Translations under genes and position numbers: made by a program
Shown: one piece after another, positions 23,170 through 33,002 of the stretch
How the letters are laid out: every line of letters begins with the position of its first letter
How positions within the stretch are numbered: the first letter of the stretch is position 1
The notes under the pieces: generated by a model
Told to the model about the DNA's origin: nothing
Database searches by the model: none
The model's input: the letters and a program-made list of their open reading frames with translations, nothing else
DNA from: a virus
Lineage: Duplodnaviria; Caudoviricetes
Length of the DNA: 46,800 nt
Reading direction: 5' to 3' (one strand)
Virus record (IMG/VR): IMGVR_UViG_3300037483_001799
Coordinates: 1 to 46,800 of that record

Positions 23170-25153
23170 CCTTTACGTCGAGGCCTTCGACCAGGGGCTG
23201 CGGCCGGACCCGCTGCTCACGGTCTCGCAATGGGCGGACCGGCACCGACGGCTCTCGGGACGGGCCTCGGCGGAGCCGGGTCCGTGGCGCACCAGCCGTA
23301 CACCGTATCTGCGCGAGGTCATGGACTGCCTGTCGCCCGCTTCGCCGGTCGAGCGCGTGGTGGTCATGAAAGGCGCGCAGCTGGGCTATTCGGAATGCGG
23401 CAACAACTGGATCGGCTACGTGATCCACCATGCGCCGGGCCCGATGCTCAGCGTTCTGCCCACCGTCGAGATGGCCAAGCGCAACTCGAAGCAGCGGATC
23501 GAGCCGCTGATCGAGGAGAGCCCGGTCCTGCGCGAGCGGGTGAAGCCGGCGCGCTCGCGGGATTCCGGCAACACGGTGCTCGCGAAGGAGTTCCCGGGCG
23601 GCGTGCTGGTGATGACCGGCGCCAACAGCGCGGTCGGTTTGCGCTCGATGCCGGTGCGCTATCTGTTTCTCGACGAGGTCGACGGCTATCCGGGCGACGT
23701 CGACGGCGAAGGCGATCCGGTCGCGCTCGCCGAGGCGCGGACGCGGACGTTCAGCCGCCGGAAGGTGCTGATCGTCTCGACGCCGACGGTGAAGGGGCTG
23801 TCGCGCATCGAGCGCGAGTACGAGGCGTCCGACCGGCGGCGCTACTTCGTGCCCTGCCCGCATTGCGGCCACACGCAGTGGCTGCGGTTCGAGCGGCTCC
23901 GCTGGGAAAAGGGCCGGCCGGAGACGGCAGCGTACCATTGCGAGGGCTGCGACCGGCCGATTCCCGAGCATCGCAAGACCTGGATGCTGGAGCATGGCGA
24001 TTGGCGGCCTACGAGCGTGGGCGATCCACGTACCGCCGGGTTCCATCTCTCCAGCCTCTACAGCCCCGTCGGCTGGCGCAGCTGGGCGGATATCGCAGCC
24101 GCGTGGGAGGCGGCCCAGGGATCGGATGCCGCGCTCAAGTCGGTGAAGAACACCGAGCTCGGCGAGACCTGGGTCGAGAGCGGCGAGGCGCCGGACTGGC
24201 AGCGGCTGTACGACCGGCGCGAGGAGTTCCGGATCGGCACGGTCCCGGCCGGCGGGCTGATGCTGACCGCCGGGGCCGATGTGCAGAAGGACCGGATCGA
24301 GGTCTCGGTCTGGGCGTGGGGCCGCGGAAAGGAGTGCTGGCTCATCGAGCACCGTGTGCTGATGGGCGACACGGCGCGGGCCGAGGTCTGGGCAGCGCTG
24401 TCGACGATGCTCGACGAGACCTGGACCCATGCGTGCGGGGTCGAGATGCCGCTCCGCCGGCTGGCCGTCGACAGCGGCTTCGCGACCCAGGAGGTGTACG
24501 CGTGGGTGCGCCGTCATCCCGCGGCGCGGGCGATGGCGGTCAAGGGCGCCGAGCGCGGGAGCGCGCTGATCGGTCTGCCGACCGCGGTCGACGTTACCGC
24601 GGACGGCCGGCGGCTCCGGCGCGGGGTCAAGGTCTACGCGGTCGCCGGCGGCATCGCGAAGCTCGAGCTGTTCAACAACCTGCGCAAGACGCCGCCGACC
24701 GACGAGGAGCGCGCGGACGGCGCGGCGTATCCCGCCGGCTACGTGCACCTGCCCAAGGTCGACGCCGAGTACTGCAAGCAGCTCTGCGCCGAGCAGCTGG
24801 TCACTACCCGAAACCGGCGCGGCTACACGGTGCGCGCCTGGCAGAAGATGCGCGAGCGCAACGAGGCGCTCGATGCCTACGTCTACGCCCGCGCCGCGGC
24901 GACCGCGGCCGGTCTCGACCGGTTCGGCGAACGGCACTGGCGCGAGCTCGACCGTCAGCTCGGTATCGGCGTCGAGGATCGACCCGCGCCGGGCGCGGAA
25001 CCGGCATCCGGGATGCAGGCCGCCGGCAGCGGGAACCACGAACCGCGCTCGCCTCGCGTGCCGGAACGACCGGTACGGCGCGCCGGCTGGCTCGGCGACA
25101 GGAACAGGAACTGGCTGACCCCGGGTCTTCGCCCGGGGCAGGGGCGGCGATGA
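23150..25153 (+). CDS. terL: Terminase large subunit, lambda gpA family
   Basis: TVSQWAD, RTPYLRE, KGAQLGYSE, LFLDEVD, STPT, VPCPHC, GADVQ, RNEALD. Confidence 0.96.
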   Translation: MARSAADLYVEAFDQGLRPDPLLTVSQWADRHRRLSGRASAEPGPWRTSRTPYLREVMDCLSPASPVERVVVMKGAQLGYSECGNNWIGYVIHHAPGPMLSVLPTVEMAKRNSKQRIEPLIEESPVLRERVKPARSRDSGNTVLAKEFPGGVLVMTGANSAVGLRSMPVRYLFLDEVDGYPGDVDGEGDPVALAEARTRTFSRRKVLIVSTPTVKGLSRIEREYEASDRRRYFVPCPHCGHTQWLRFERLRWEKGRPETAAYHCEGCDRPIPEHRKTWMLEHGDWRPTSVGDPRTAGFHLSSLYSPVGWRSWADIAAAWEAAQGSDAALKSVKNTELGETWVESGEAPDWQRLYDRREEFRIGTVPAGGLMLTAGADVQKDRIEVSVWAWGRGKECWLIEHRVLMGDTARAEVWAALSTMLDETWTHACGVEMPLRRLAVDSGFATQEVYAWVRRHPAARAMAVKGAERGSALIGLPTAVDVTADGRRLRRGVKVYAVAGGIAKLELFNNLRKTPPTDEERADGAAYPAGYVHLPKVDAEYCKQLCAEQLVTTRNRRGYTVRAWQKMRERNEALDAYVYARAAATAAGLDRFGERHWRELDRQLGIGVEDRPAPGAEPASGMQAAGSGNHEPRSPRVPERPVRRAGWLGDRNRNWLTPGLRPGQGRR

Positions 25154-25353
25154 TCTGGACGCAATCGGAGCTCGATGCGCTGAGGCGCGCCTATGCCTCG
25201 GGCACGCTGCGGGTGAGCTACGAGGGGAAGAGCGTCGAATACGGCTCGGCCGAGGACCTCCTGCGGCGCATCCGCACCATCGAACGCGAAATGGCGGCCG
25301 CCACGGGCAAGCCCAGGCCGTCGCGCAGCTTCGCGACGTTCTCCAAGGGGTGA
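25150..25353 (+). CDS. gpW-like head-tail joining protein
   Basis: 67 aa; ALRRAYASGTLRVSYEGKSVEY; between terL and portal. Confidence 0.88.
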   Translation: MIWTQSELDALRRAYASGTLRVSYEGKSVEYGSAEDLLRRIRTIEREMAAATGKPRPSRSFATFSKG

Positions 25354-26903
25354 GCGCCATGAACTGGCTCGACCGCGCCGTGGGCTATGTCAGCCCGCGG
25401 GCGGGGCTCCGCCGCGCCCGGGCGCGGGCCGCCATGACGGTGCTCCGCCGCGGCTATGACGGCGCCCGCGTGGGGCGGCGCACCGACGGCTGGACGGCGC
25501 CCGGATCGGGCGCCAACGCCGAGCTGGCCGCGGCCTTGCCGCGGCTCAGGGACCGTGCGCGCGATCTCGTGCGCAACAACCCGTACGCCGCCAAAGGGGT
25601 TGCCGCGCTGGTCAGCAACATCGTCGGCACCGGCATCGTCGCCCGTGCGCGGGCCGGAAGCGAACGGCGCAATGCGGCGGCCGACCGGCTCTGGACCCGC
25701 TTCGCCGCCGAGTGCGACGCCGACGGGCGCACCGACTTCCAAGGGCTGCAGGCGCTCGCCGCGCGCACCATGGTCGAGAGCGGCGAGGTCCTGGTCCGGC
25801 TCCGGCCGCGGCGGTTGGCGGATGGGCTCGCGGTGCCGCTGCAACTGCAGGTCCTCGAGGCCGACCACCTCGATACGGCGCGTAGCGGCGAGCTCGCCGG
25901 CGGCGGGTTCGTGCACCAGGGCATCGAGTTCGACGCCATGGGGCGGCGCGCCGCCTACTGGCTGTTCCCGGTGCATCCGGGCGAGATTGCGACCGTCCGC
26001 AGGGGGCGTCTGGAGAGCCGGCGCGTGCCGGCGGACTCCGTCTGCCATCTGTTCGAGCGCCTGCGTCCGGGGCAGGAGCGCGGCGTGCCGTGGCTCGCAT
26101 CCGTGATCCTCAGGCTCCGCGACCTCGACGAGTACGACGACGCGGAGCTGGTGCGGAAGAAGATCGAGGCCTGCTTCGCCGCCTTCGTGCTCGACGGCGA
26201 CGATGCCGAGCCGCTCGGCGAGGCGCGCCAGGACGGAGCGGGGCGCCGGGTCGAGAGCTTCGAGCCCGGCATGATCGAGTACCTGCCCGCAGGGCGCGAC
26301 GTGCGGTTCGCGGCGCCGTCGGCCTCGGGCGGATACCCCGAGTACATGCGGCTCCAGCTCCATGCGGTCGCGGCCGGGCTCGGGCTCACCTACGAGCTGC
26401 TGACCGGCGATCTGAGCCAGGTGAACTACTCCTCCATCCGCGCCGGGCTGATCGAGTTCCGCCGGCGCGTCGAGGCGCTGCAATGGCAGGTGCTGATCCC
26501 CTGCCTGTGCGCGCCGGTCTGGCGGCGGTTCGTGGATGTGGCGCATGCCACGGGCGCGCTGCCCGCGGGCGAGATCGGTGTCGAGTGGACCGCGCCGCGG
26601 TTCGAGGCGGTCGACCCGCTCAAGGACGCCAGGGCCGACATCATGGCGGTGCGCGCCGGGTTCATGACCTTGAAAGAGGCGATCGCGCGGAACGGCTACG
26701 ACCCGGGCGAGGTGCTGGCCGAGATCGCCGCGACCAACGCCCTCATCGACCGGCTGGGGCTGGTGCTCGACACCGACCCGCGGCATGTGACGCAGAGCGG
26801 GCAGGCGAAGCCGGACGCGGCCGACGATTCCGCATCTGCCCCGAGCGGCGAACAGGAGCCTACGACGGAGGACGAGGATGAAGAGGCCGAAGATGAGCGC
26901 TGA
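25350..26903 (+). CDS. Portal protein, lambda family
   Basis: LRDRARDLVRNNPYA, RPGQERGVPW, GDLSQVNYSSIRAG, VDPLKD. Confidence 0.95.
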   Translation: MSAMNWLDRAVGYVSPRAGLRRARARAAMTVLRRGYDGARVGRRTDGWTAPGSGANAELAAALPRLRDRARDLVRNNPYAAKGVAALVSNIVGTGIVARARAGSERRNAAADRLWTRFAAECDADGRTDFQGLQALAARTMVESGEVLVRLRPRRLADGLAVPLQLQVLEADHLDTARSGELAGGGFVHQGIEFDAMGRRAAYWLFPVHPGEIATVRRGRLESRRVPADSVCHLFERLRPGQERGVPWLASVILRLRDLDEYDDAELVRKKIEACFAAFVLDGDDAEPLGEARQDGAGRRVESFEPGMIEYLPAGRDVRFAAPSASGGYPEYMRLQLHAVAAGLGLTYELLTGDLSQVNYSSIRAGLIEFRRRVEALQWQVLIPCLCAPVWRRFVDVAHATGALPAGEIGVEWTAPRFEAVDPLKDARADIMAVRAGFMTLKEAIARNGYDPGEVLAEIAATNALIDRLGLVLDTDPRHVTQSGQAKPDAADDSASAPSGEQEPTTEDEDEEAEDER

Positions 26904-29070
26904 GTCCAGCCGCGAGGGCACGATCGACCTGCCGCTGCAGACCCGGGCCGAGGTCCGGATCATGCCGGAGACGGTGGATGCGGAAGCGCGCACGGTCGAG
27001 GTCGTGTGGTCGACCGGCGCTTTGGTGCGCCGGCGCGACTTCTGGACCGGCAAGCGCTACGACGAGGTACTGTCGCTCGATCCGGCCCATGTCGACCTCT
27101 CGCGCCTCAACGGCGGCGCCCCGTTGCTCAACACCCACGGCATGTACGACCTCGACGACGTGATCGGCGTGGTCGACCGCGCCTGGATCGCGAACGCCGC
27201 AGGTGGTGCGCCCGAGGGGCGTGCGGTGGTCCGGTTCAGCGAGCGCGCCGGGGTCGAGCCGATCTGGGCCGACGTGCAGGCCGGCATCGTGCGCAACGTC
27301 TCGGTCGGCTACATCGTCCGCACCTACGAGATTACCGAGGAGGAAGGCAGGGTTCCGCTCTGGCGCGCCGTCGACTGGCAGCCGATGGAGCTCTCCGCGG
27401 TGCCGGTCGGCGCCGATGCGGGCGCCGGATTCCGTCATGCGCAGGAGCGTGTCTCCTGCCGTCTCATTCACCCTCCGGAGCGGCAGGGCCACCGCTGCGA
27501 AGGACGGGTCGCCATCAACCGGGCGCGCGGCGCCCTCAATCCGGAGGATCGCATGGACGAGGAAGAAGTCATGGCCGCGGCTGCGGCCGACACGGACGGG
27601 AACCGCGCTGATCGGCCGGACTCCACGGTCGAGGCGCGCAGCCCGGCTTTGAAGCCGGCGGAAGCGCGCGAGCCCAGGGCGCCGGCGGCAGAACCCGACG
27701 GGGCCCGCGCGGCCGATAGCCAGGCCGGCGACGGGGCGTCCGACCGGCATGACCCGGCGCGCGACGCCGACGCCATGCAGGCGGTCGCCGAGCGGGCAGT
27801 GTCGGTGGAGCGCGAGCGCAGTTCCGGCATCTACGACGCCGCCCGCAAGCTCGGCATCGACAGTGCGATCGCCGACGACCTCGTCCGCCGGGGCGTCGCA
27901 CTCGACGCCGCCCGCGGCGTGCTGATCGACAAGGCGGCCGAGCGCGACCGCGCGGTCGAGACCCGGCCGCAGGTGCGGATCGGCGGGCTCGACGAGACCG
28001 TCACCCGTCGCCAGGCGGTCGAGACGGCGCTGCTGCACCGGTTCGACCCGAACCGCTACCGGCTCACCGATCCGGCGCGCGAGTGGCGGGGCCTGAGCCT
28101 CCTCGAGATGGCCCGCGCCTTCCTCGAGGCCGAGGGCGTGCGGGTGCGGGGGCTCACGCGCGACGAGGTGGCGACGCGGGCGCTGCACTCGACCTCGAAC
28201 TTCCCCGAGCTCCTCGCCGCGGTCACCAACAAGACGCTGCGCGACGCCTACGAGGCGGCACCGCGCACCTTCCTCCAGATCGCGCGGCGCGTGAACGCGG
28301 TCGACTTCAAGGATATGCGCCGGCTCCAGCTCGGCGAGGCGCCGCAGCTCGAGAAGGTGAACGAGTCGGGCGAGTTCAAGCGCGGCACCATCGGCGAGGC
28401 CAGGGAGAGCTACCGCGTCCAGACCTACGGCAAGGTGATCGGCATCACCCGCCAGGTGATCGTCAACGACGACCTCGACGCCTTCACCCGCGTGCCGGCG
28501 CTGTTCGGCACCGCGGCGGCGACGCTCGAAAGCGACACGGTCTGGGGCATCGTCAGGGACAACCCGGCGATGGCCGACGGCAAGGCGCTGTTCCATGCCG
28601 ATCACAAGAACCTTGCTGCGGCCGGCACCGCGCTCGATGTGGCGAACCTCGGCAAGGGCCGCGCGAGCATGGCCAAGCAGACCGGGCTCGACGGCAAGAC
28701 CATCCTCAACGTCCGCCCGGCGTTCCTGGTGGTGCCCTCGACCCTCGAGCTCACCGCCGAGCAGCTGATCGCCCAGAACCTGGTGCCGGCGAAGAGCGCC
28801 GACGTGGTGCCGCAGTCGATCCGGACGCTGGCGGTGATCGCCGAGCCCAGGCTCGACCCGGCGGCGGGCGCCGTGCCCTGGTACCTGTTCGCCACGCCCT
28901 CGGCGATCGACACCATCGAGTATGCCTATCTCGAAGGCCAGGAGGGCGTCTACATCGAGACCCGCATGGGCTTCGACGTCGACGGCGTCGAGGTCAAGGC
29001 GCGGCTCGACTTCGGCGCCAAGGCGATCGACTGGCGCGGCATGTTCAGGAATTCCGGCATCGCCCTGTAG
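26893..29070 (+). CDS. Prohead protease / major capsid fusion protein
   Basis: PLLNTH, NVSVGY, ELSAVPVGAD protease motifs; acidic linker; HSTSNFP...TYGK...ITRQVIVNDDL...RLDFGA capsid. Confidence 0.92.
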   Translation: MSAESSREGTIDLPLQTRAEVRIMPETVDAEARTVEVVWSTGALVRRRDFWTGKRYDEVLSLDPAHVDLSRLNGGAPLLNTHGMYDLDDVIGVVDRAWIANAAGGAPEGRAVVRFSERAGVEPIWADVQAGIVRNVSVGYIVRTYEITEEEGRVPLWRAVDWQPMELSAVPVGADAGAGFRHAQERVSCRLIHPPERQGHRCEGRVAINRARGALNPEDRMDEEEVMAAAAADTDGNRADRPDSTVEARSPALKPAEAREPRAPAAEPDGARAADSQAGDGASDRHDPARDADAMQAVAERAVSVERERSSGIYDAARKLGIDSAIADDLVRRGVALDAARGVLIDKAAERDRAVETRPQVRIGGLDETVTRRQAVETALLHRFDPNRYRLTDPAREWRGLSLLEMARAFLEAEGVRVRGLTRDEVATRALHSTSNFPELLAAVTNKTLRDAYEAAPRTFLQIARRVNAVDFKDMRRLQLGEAPQLEKVNESGEFKRGTIGEARESYRVQTYGKVIGITRQVIVNDDLDAFTRVPALFGTAAATLESDTVWGIVRDNPAMADGKALFHADHKNLAAAGTALDVANLGKGRASMAKQTGLDGKTILNVRPAFLVVPSTLELTAEQLIAQNLVPAKSADVVPQSIRTLAVIAEPRLDPAAGAVPWYLFATPSAIDTIEYAYLEGQEGVYIETRMGFDVDGVEVKARLDFGAKAIDWRGMFRNSGIAL

Positions 29071-29099
29071 GGCGACCCGGATCGAACCTGACCCGACGG

Positions 29100-29124
29100 A
29101 GGGCGGCTTCGGCCGCCCTTTCTT
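29100..29124 (+). terminator. Rho-independent terminator after the capsid gene
   Basis: AGGGCGGC-TTCG-GCCGCCCT stem-loop followed by TTCTT. Confidence 0.75.
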
Positions 29125-29152
29125 CCTGGCCGCCCGCCGAAGGCTCGCCGAC

Positions 29153-29917
29153 ATGATCGAGTCTCGACCTCCCGGCCTCCGGCCAGTGCCGGGATTTGCC
29201 GGGTACTTCGTCGATCGGGATGGGGGCCTGTGGAGCACCCGGACCCGCTCGGGAACCGCGGACGGCCCCCTCCGCCGGCTCAGACCGACGCGATCCGACG
29301 GCTACTTGCGCGCAATGCTGAGCGTCCGGGGCAGGCAGCGCCGGACCTGCGTGCACCGCCTCGTCAGGGAGGCCTTCTGCGGGCCGTGCCCGCAAGGGAT
29401 GGAAGTCGCACATCTCAACGGCGTGCGCACCGACAACCGTCTCGCAAACCTCAGCTACGTCACGCGACGGGAGAACAACCACCACAAATACGCCCACGGC
29501 ACCATGCTGATGGGCGACACGCATCCCCGCCGCCGAATCGATCGGGCGACCGCAAGAGCGATCGGAGAGCGATTGCGGGAAGTGCGCTCGCATCGCCAGG
29601 TCGCCGCCGAGCTCGGCACCACTGAAGGTGTCGTGGGCCAGATCGCGATCGGCAAGAACTGGCGACACGTGTTCCCACCTGATTGGGAGCCCCCGGCCGA
29701 GCGCCGGATGACACCCGAAGAGCGGGAGCGTGCCGCGCTGATGGCTGCCTCCGGGACGACGCAGCGGGAGATCGCTGCATGTCTCGGGGTGACACAGTCA
29801 GCCATCAGCAAGCTCCTGAAAAGACGGAAAGAGAGAGCGAAAGGAGAAGAGCAATGGCCAAGAACTTCATCCAGCCCGGTAACGTCGTTACCGTCACCGC
29901 CCCGGCCGGCGGAGTGA
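29153..29917 (+). CDS. NUMOD4-like HNH homing endonuclease with C-terminal HTH repeats
   Basis: PVPGFAGYFVDRDG..., VHRLV..AF.GP.P...VAHLNG.RTDNRLANL...N. Confidence 0.88.
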   Translation: MIESRPPGLRPVPGFAGYFVDRDGGLWSTRTRSGTADGPLRRLRPTRSDGYLRAMLSVRGRQRRTCVHRLVREAFCGPCPQGMEVAHLNGVRTDNRLANLSYVTRRENNHHKYAHGTMLMGDTHPRRRIDRATARAIGERLREVRSHRQVAAELGTTEGVVGQIAIGKNWRHVFPPDWEPPAERRMTPEERERAALMAASGTTQREIAACLGVTQSAISKLLKRRKERAKGEEQWPRTSSSPVTSLPSPPRPAE

Positions 29918-30201
29918 GTTCGGGCGACGGCGTGCTGATCGGGACGCTGTTCGGGGTCGCCCAGACCGATGCGGCCGACGGTGCGGAGGTCGAGATACTG
30001 ACCGAGGGGGTGGTCGATCTCTCCAAGACCACGCCGCTCGCCATCGCCGCCGGCGACCGGCTGTTCTGGGACGCGGTCAACAAGGTGCTCAACAAGACCG
30101 CCGCCGCCCAAATCTGCGTCGGGGTCGCCGTCGCAGCGGCAGCCGACGCCGACGCGACCGTGCGCATCAAGCTCGGCGCGATGACGCCCGCGGGAACGTA
30201 A
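29854..30201 (+). CDS. DUF2190 family capsid cement/decoration protein
   Basis: AGGAGA RBS; MAKNFIQPG...GGVSSGD..LIG.LFGVA...GV. Confidence 0.88.
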   Translation: MAKNFIQPGNVVTVTAPAGGVSSGDGVLIGTLFGVAQTDAADGAEVEILTEGVVDLSKTTPLAIAAGDRLFWDAVNKVLNKTAAAQICVGVAVAAAADADATVRIKLGAMTPAGT

Positions 30202-30218
30202 GCCGGGAGACAGGTACG

Positions 30219-30533
30219 GTGTCCGCATTCGCCGCGATGATCGACGCGCTGTTCGCAGACCCGAACATCGCGGCGGATGCCGTCTACCTGCCGCAGGGCG
30301 GCGGCGGACCGGTCGCGGTGCGCGCGGTGCTCGACCGGCCGGACCGGCCGGTCGAACTCCTCGACGCCGCGTTGACGGCGCCGAGCGCGATGGTGGAGGT
30401 GCGGGTGTCGGAGGTCTCGGTACCGAAGGCGGGCGATAGCTTCGAGATCGCCGGCGTCACCTGGCTGGTCCAGGGCGAGCCGAAGCGCGATGCGCTGCGG
30501 CAGGTCTGGACGCTGGAGCTGGTCGAGCAATAG
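30219..30533 (+). CDS. Head-tail joining (FII-like) protein
   Basis: F..MIDALFADPN...P.AGD...W; position. Confidence 0.75.
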   Translation: MSAFAAMIDALFADPNIAADAVYLPQGGGGPVAVRAVLDRPDRPVELLDAALTAPSAMVEVRVSEVSVPKAGDSFEIAGVTWLVQGEPKRDALRQVWTLELVEQ

Positions 30534-30536
30534 CCC

Positions 30537-31199
30537 ATGCGCGTCGAGGCCGTGCTCGGCGGCGATCTGCGCCGGATCCTCGATGCCGAGTTGCGCGCGA
30601 CCGAGCGCGCAGTGACCCGCGGCATGAGCCGCACGGCGGGCGATCTCAAGCAGATGCTGCGTGACCAGATCACCGGCGCCGGCATGGGCCGGCGGCTCGC
30701 CAACACGGTCCGCTCGGAGACTTACCCGAAGAACGGCGTCTCGCTGTCACCGGCGGCGCTGGTGTGGACCAAGGCGCCGCAGATCGTCCGCGCGTTCGAC
30801 GAGGGAACGGTGATCCGGAGCCGCGACGGGTTCTGGCTCGCGATCCCGACCGACGCCGTGCCGCGGCGGCTCGGCGGCAAGCGGCCCACACCGGCGCTCG
30901 TCGAGCAAATCATGGGACTGAGGCTGCGGTTCGTTTATCGCCGGGGCCGGTCCGGGCTGCTGGTTGCAGATGGCGCCCGGCTCGGCCGCACCGGCCAGGC
31001 GCGCGCACTCGCCGTGCGGCGGTCGAGGAATGGCGGCGAACACATTCGGCTCAATGGGCGGGCAACGGTCCCGATGTTCGTTCTGGTGCCGAGCGTGCGC
31101 ATGCCCAAGCGGCTGAACTGGGCGGCGGCGGCGCGGCGCGCAGAAGCGCGTCTCGCGCCCAACATCCTCGCCGCGATCAGGGAGAGCGATGGCCGATAG
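30537..31199 (+). CDS. DUF6441-like tail completion protein
   Basis: Basic protein; GRRLAN, AFDEG.VIR..DG.WLAIP, PMFVLVP.V. Confidence 0.75.
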   Translation: MRVEAVLGGDLRRILDAELRATERAVTRGMSRTAGDLKQMLRDQITGAGMGRRLANTVRSETYPKNGVSLSPAALVWTKAPQIVRAFDEGTVIRSRDGFWLAIPTDAVPRRLGGKRPTPALVEQIMGLRLRFVYRRGRSGLLVADGARLGRTGQARALAVRRSRNGGEHIRLNGRATVPMFVLVPSVRMPKRLNWAAAARRAEARLAPNILAAIRESDGR

Positions 31200-31647
31200 C
31201 GCGCGCGAGGCGGCGCTGAAGGCGCTGAAGGCGCGCCTCGATGTGATCGCCTGGACCGGAGCCCCGGCGCCCGCCGTACGGCGCAACGAGCCGGAGAAGA
31301 CGGCCGTGCCTACAGGCGGGCTGATCGCCTTGCGGGATGGCGATCCGGGCGAGCCGGAGGTGCTTCTTTCGCCGCCGGCCTATGCATATCGCCACCGGGC
31401 GGAGATCGCCGTCATCGTGCAGCATCGCGATGCTGCCGTGCGCGACGCGCTGTTCGACGCGCTCCTGCGCGACCTCGGCGCGGCGCTCGATCCGGAATCC
31501 GGCGACCCCACCCTCGGCGGTGCGGTCGAGATGGCGACGTCGATGGCGCCCGAGCCGCTCGCCGAGCCGATCGAGGGCGCCCCCACCATCAAGGCCGGCC
31601 TGGTGCCGGTGATCCTCGACTACACCGCGCCGTCGCCGCTCGGCTGA
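31189..31647 (+). CDS. Tail terminator-like protein
   Basis: RE.AL.AL...LRDGDPGEPEV.LSP..Y...DPTLGG; just before the tail tube. Confidence 0.7.
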   Translation: MADSAREAALKALKARLDVIAWTGAPAPAVRRNEPEKTAVPTGGLIALRDGDPGEPEVLLSPPAYAYRHRAEIAVIVQHRDAAVRDALFDALLRDLGAALDPESGDPTLGGAVEMATSMAPEPLAEPIEGAPTIKAGLVPVILDYTAPSPLG

Positions 31648-31691
31648 GCGACCGGCGTATACTCTGAACAAATGAACCAAGGAGACGGGTC

Positions 31692-32972
31692 TTGGGCAAG
31701 ACGCGCGCGCTCGGCATCGACACCCAGTTCCTACTGGGGTTCGAGGCCGCTTACGGCACGCCGCCGGACGGCTCCGGCGGCGGGGTCTACTACCGCCTCC
31801 CGTTCCGGGAGTTCACTCTCGGGGCGGAGAAGCCGCTCGGCTACGATCCGCTGCTCGGTCAGGGGCGCGATGCGCAGGACCCGCATTACGAGGCGGTGAC
31901 GGATGAGGGCGAGGTTCAGGTCCCGATCGATCTCCGGAGCTTCGGGGTCTGGCTCAAGGCGCAGTTCGGCGCGCCCGTGTCCACCGCGGTGAAGGCGACC
32001 GGGACCATCGCGTTCGCGGCCAACCCGGCGCCCGGCGACACCATCGCCTTGAACGGCACGGTCTGGACCTTCGTCGCCGGCGCGCCCGGCGCGGCCGAGA
32101 CCCAGATCCAGGCGAGCCTCGCCGATTCGCTCGTCCAGCTCGCGGCCGACCTTAATGGCTCGGCCGATCCGGAGGTCTCGAGGTGCACCTATGCGGCGAC
32201 CGCGACGGCGCTCGAGATCGAGCACGATGCGGCCGGACCCGCCGGCAATGCATTCACCGTGGCGGCCTCGGCCGCCACGGTGTCGGCGGCGAGCCTCGGG
32301 GGCGGCCATTACCGGCATGTATATAAGAGTGGGGGCGAGGTGCCGAGCGCGGCCGGCGAGCTCGGGCATACCAAGCTGAGCACGCCCCGCTATGAGCGCC
32401 ATGCAGGCATCAAGTGCATGACGCTCGCCTTCGAGATGGCGCGCTCGGGCCCCGCGAACGCCACCATCGGGCTGATCGCCCAGGGCGAGTCGGTCGGCAG
32501 CACGGCCGCCGATGCGACGCCGATCACGCTCGAGCTCAAGCGGTTCAATCGCAGCAAGGGGAAGATCACGGTCGGCGGCGCGCCGCTTGCCAACGTCACC
32601 GGCGGCCGGTTCACGTTCTCCAACAACGTGGAGCCGGTGGAGACCATCCGCGACGACGACCTGATCGACGGCGCCGACGAGGGCGAGGCCACGGCCGAGG
32701 GCACGGTCGACGTGCGCTTCGGCGCCGATGCGACGCTCTCCATGCCGATCGACGCCGAGACGCCGGTCGCGATGACTTACGCGTTCGGCATGCCGGGTGT
32801 GGAGGGCCATGCGGTGGTGTTCGACCTGCCGCGGGTGTTCCTGCCCCGGAAGAAGAAGGAGGTACGCGGGCCCGGCGGCATCCAGGCGAGCTACGACTGG
32901 CGCGCCTCCGGCTCGGCGCCGGCGCCTCACTGCCTGCAGGTCACGCTGACCAACGATGTCGTGAGCTATTGA
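31692..32972 (+). CDS. Tail tube (major tail) protein with inserted domain
   Basis: AAGGAGA RBS before TTG; E..YGT.P, LLGQGRD, FSNNVE, GPGGIQASYDW, TLTNDV.SY. Confidence 0.85.
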   Translation: MGKTRALGIDTQFLLGFEAAYGTPPDGSGGGVYYRLPFREFTLGAEKPLGYDPLLGQGRDAQDPHYEAVTDEGEVQVPIDLRSFGVWLKAQFGAPVSTAVKATGTIAFAANPAPGDTIALNGTVWTFVAGAPGAAETQIQASLADSLVQLAADLNGSADPEVSRCTYAATATALEIEHDAAGPAGNAFTVAASAATVSAASLGGGHYRHVYKSGGEVPSAAGELGHTKLSTPRYERHAGIKCMTLAFEMARSGPANATIGLIAQGESVGSTAADATPITLELKRFNRSKGKITVGGAPLANVTGGRFTFSNNVEPVETIRDDDLIDGADEGEATAEGTVDVRFGADATLSMPIDAETPVAMTYAFGMPGVEGHAVVFDLPRVFLPRKKKEVRGPGGIQASYDWRASGSAPAPHCLQVTLTNDVVSY

Positions 32973-33002
32973 GCCGCCGGTTAGCCGGCGAACGCCATCA
33001 CA

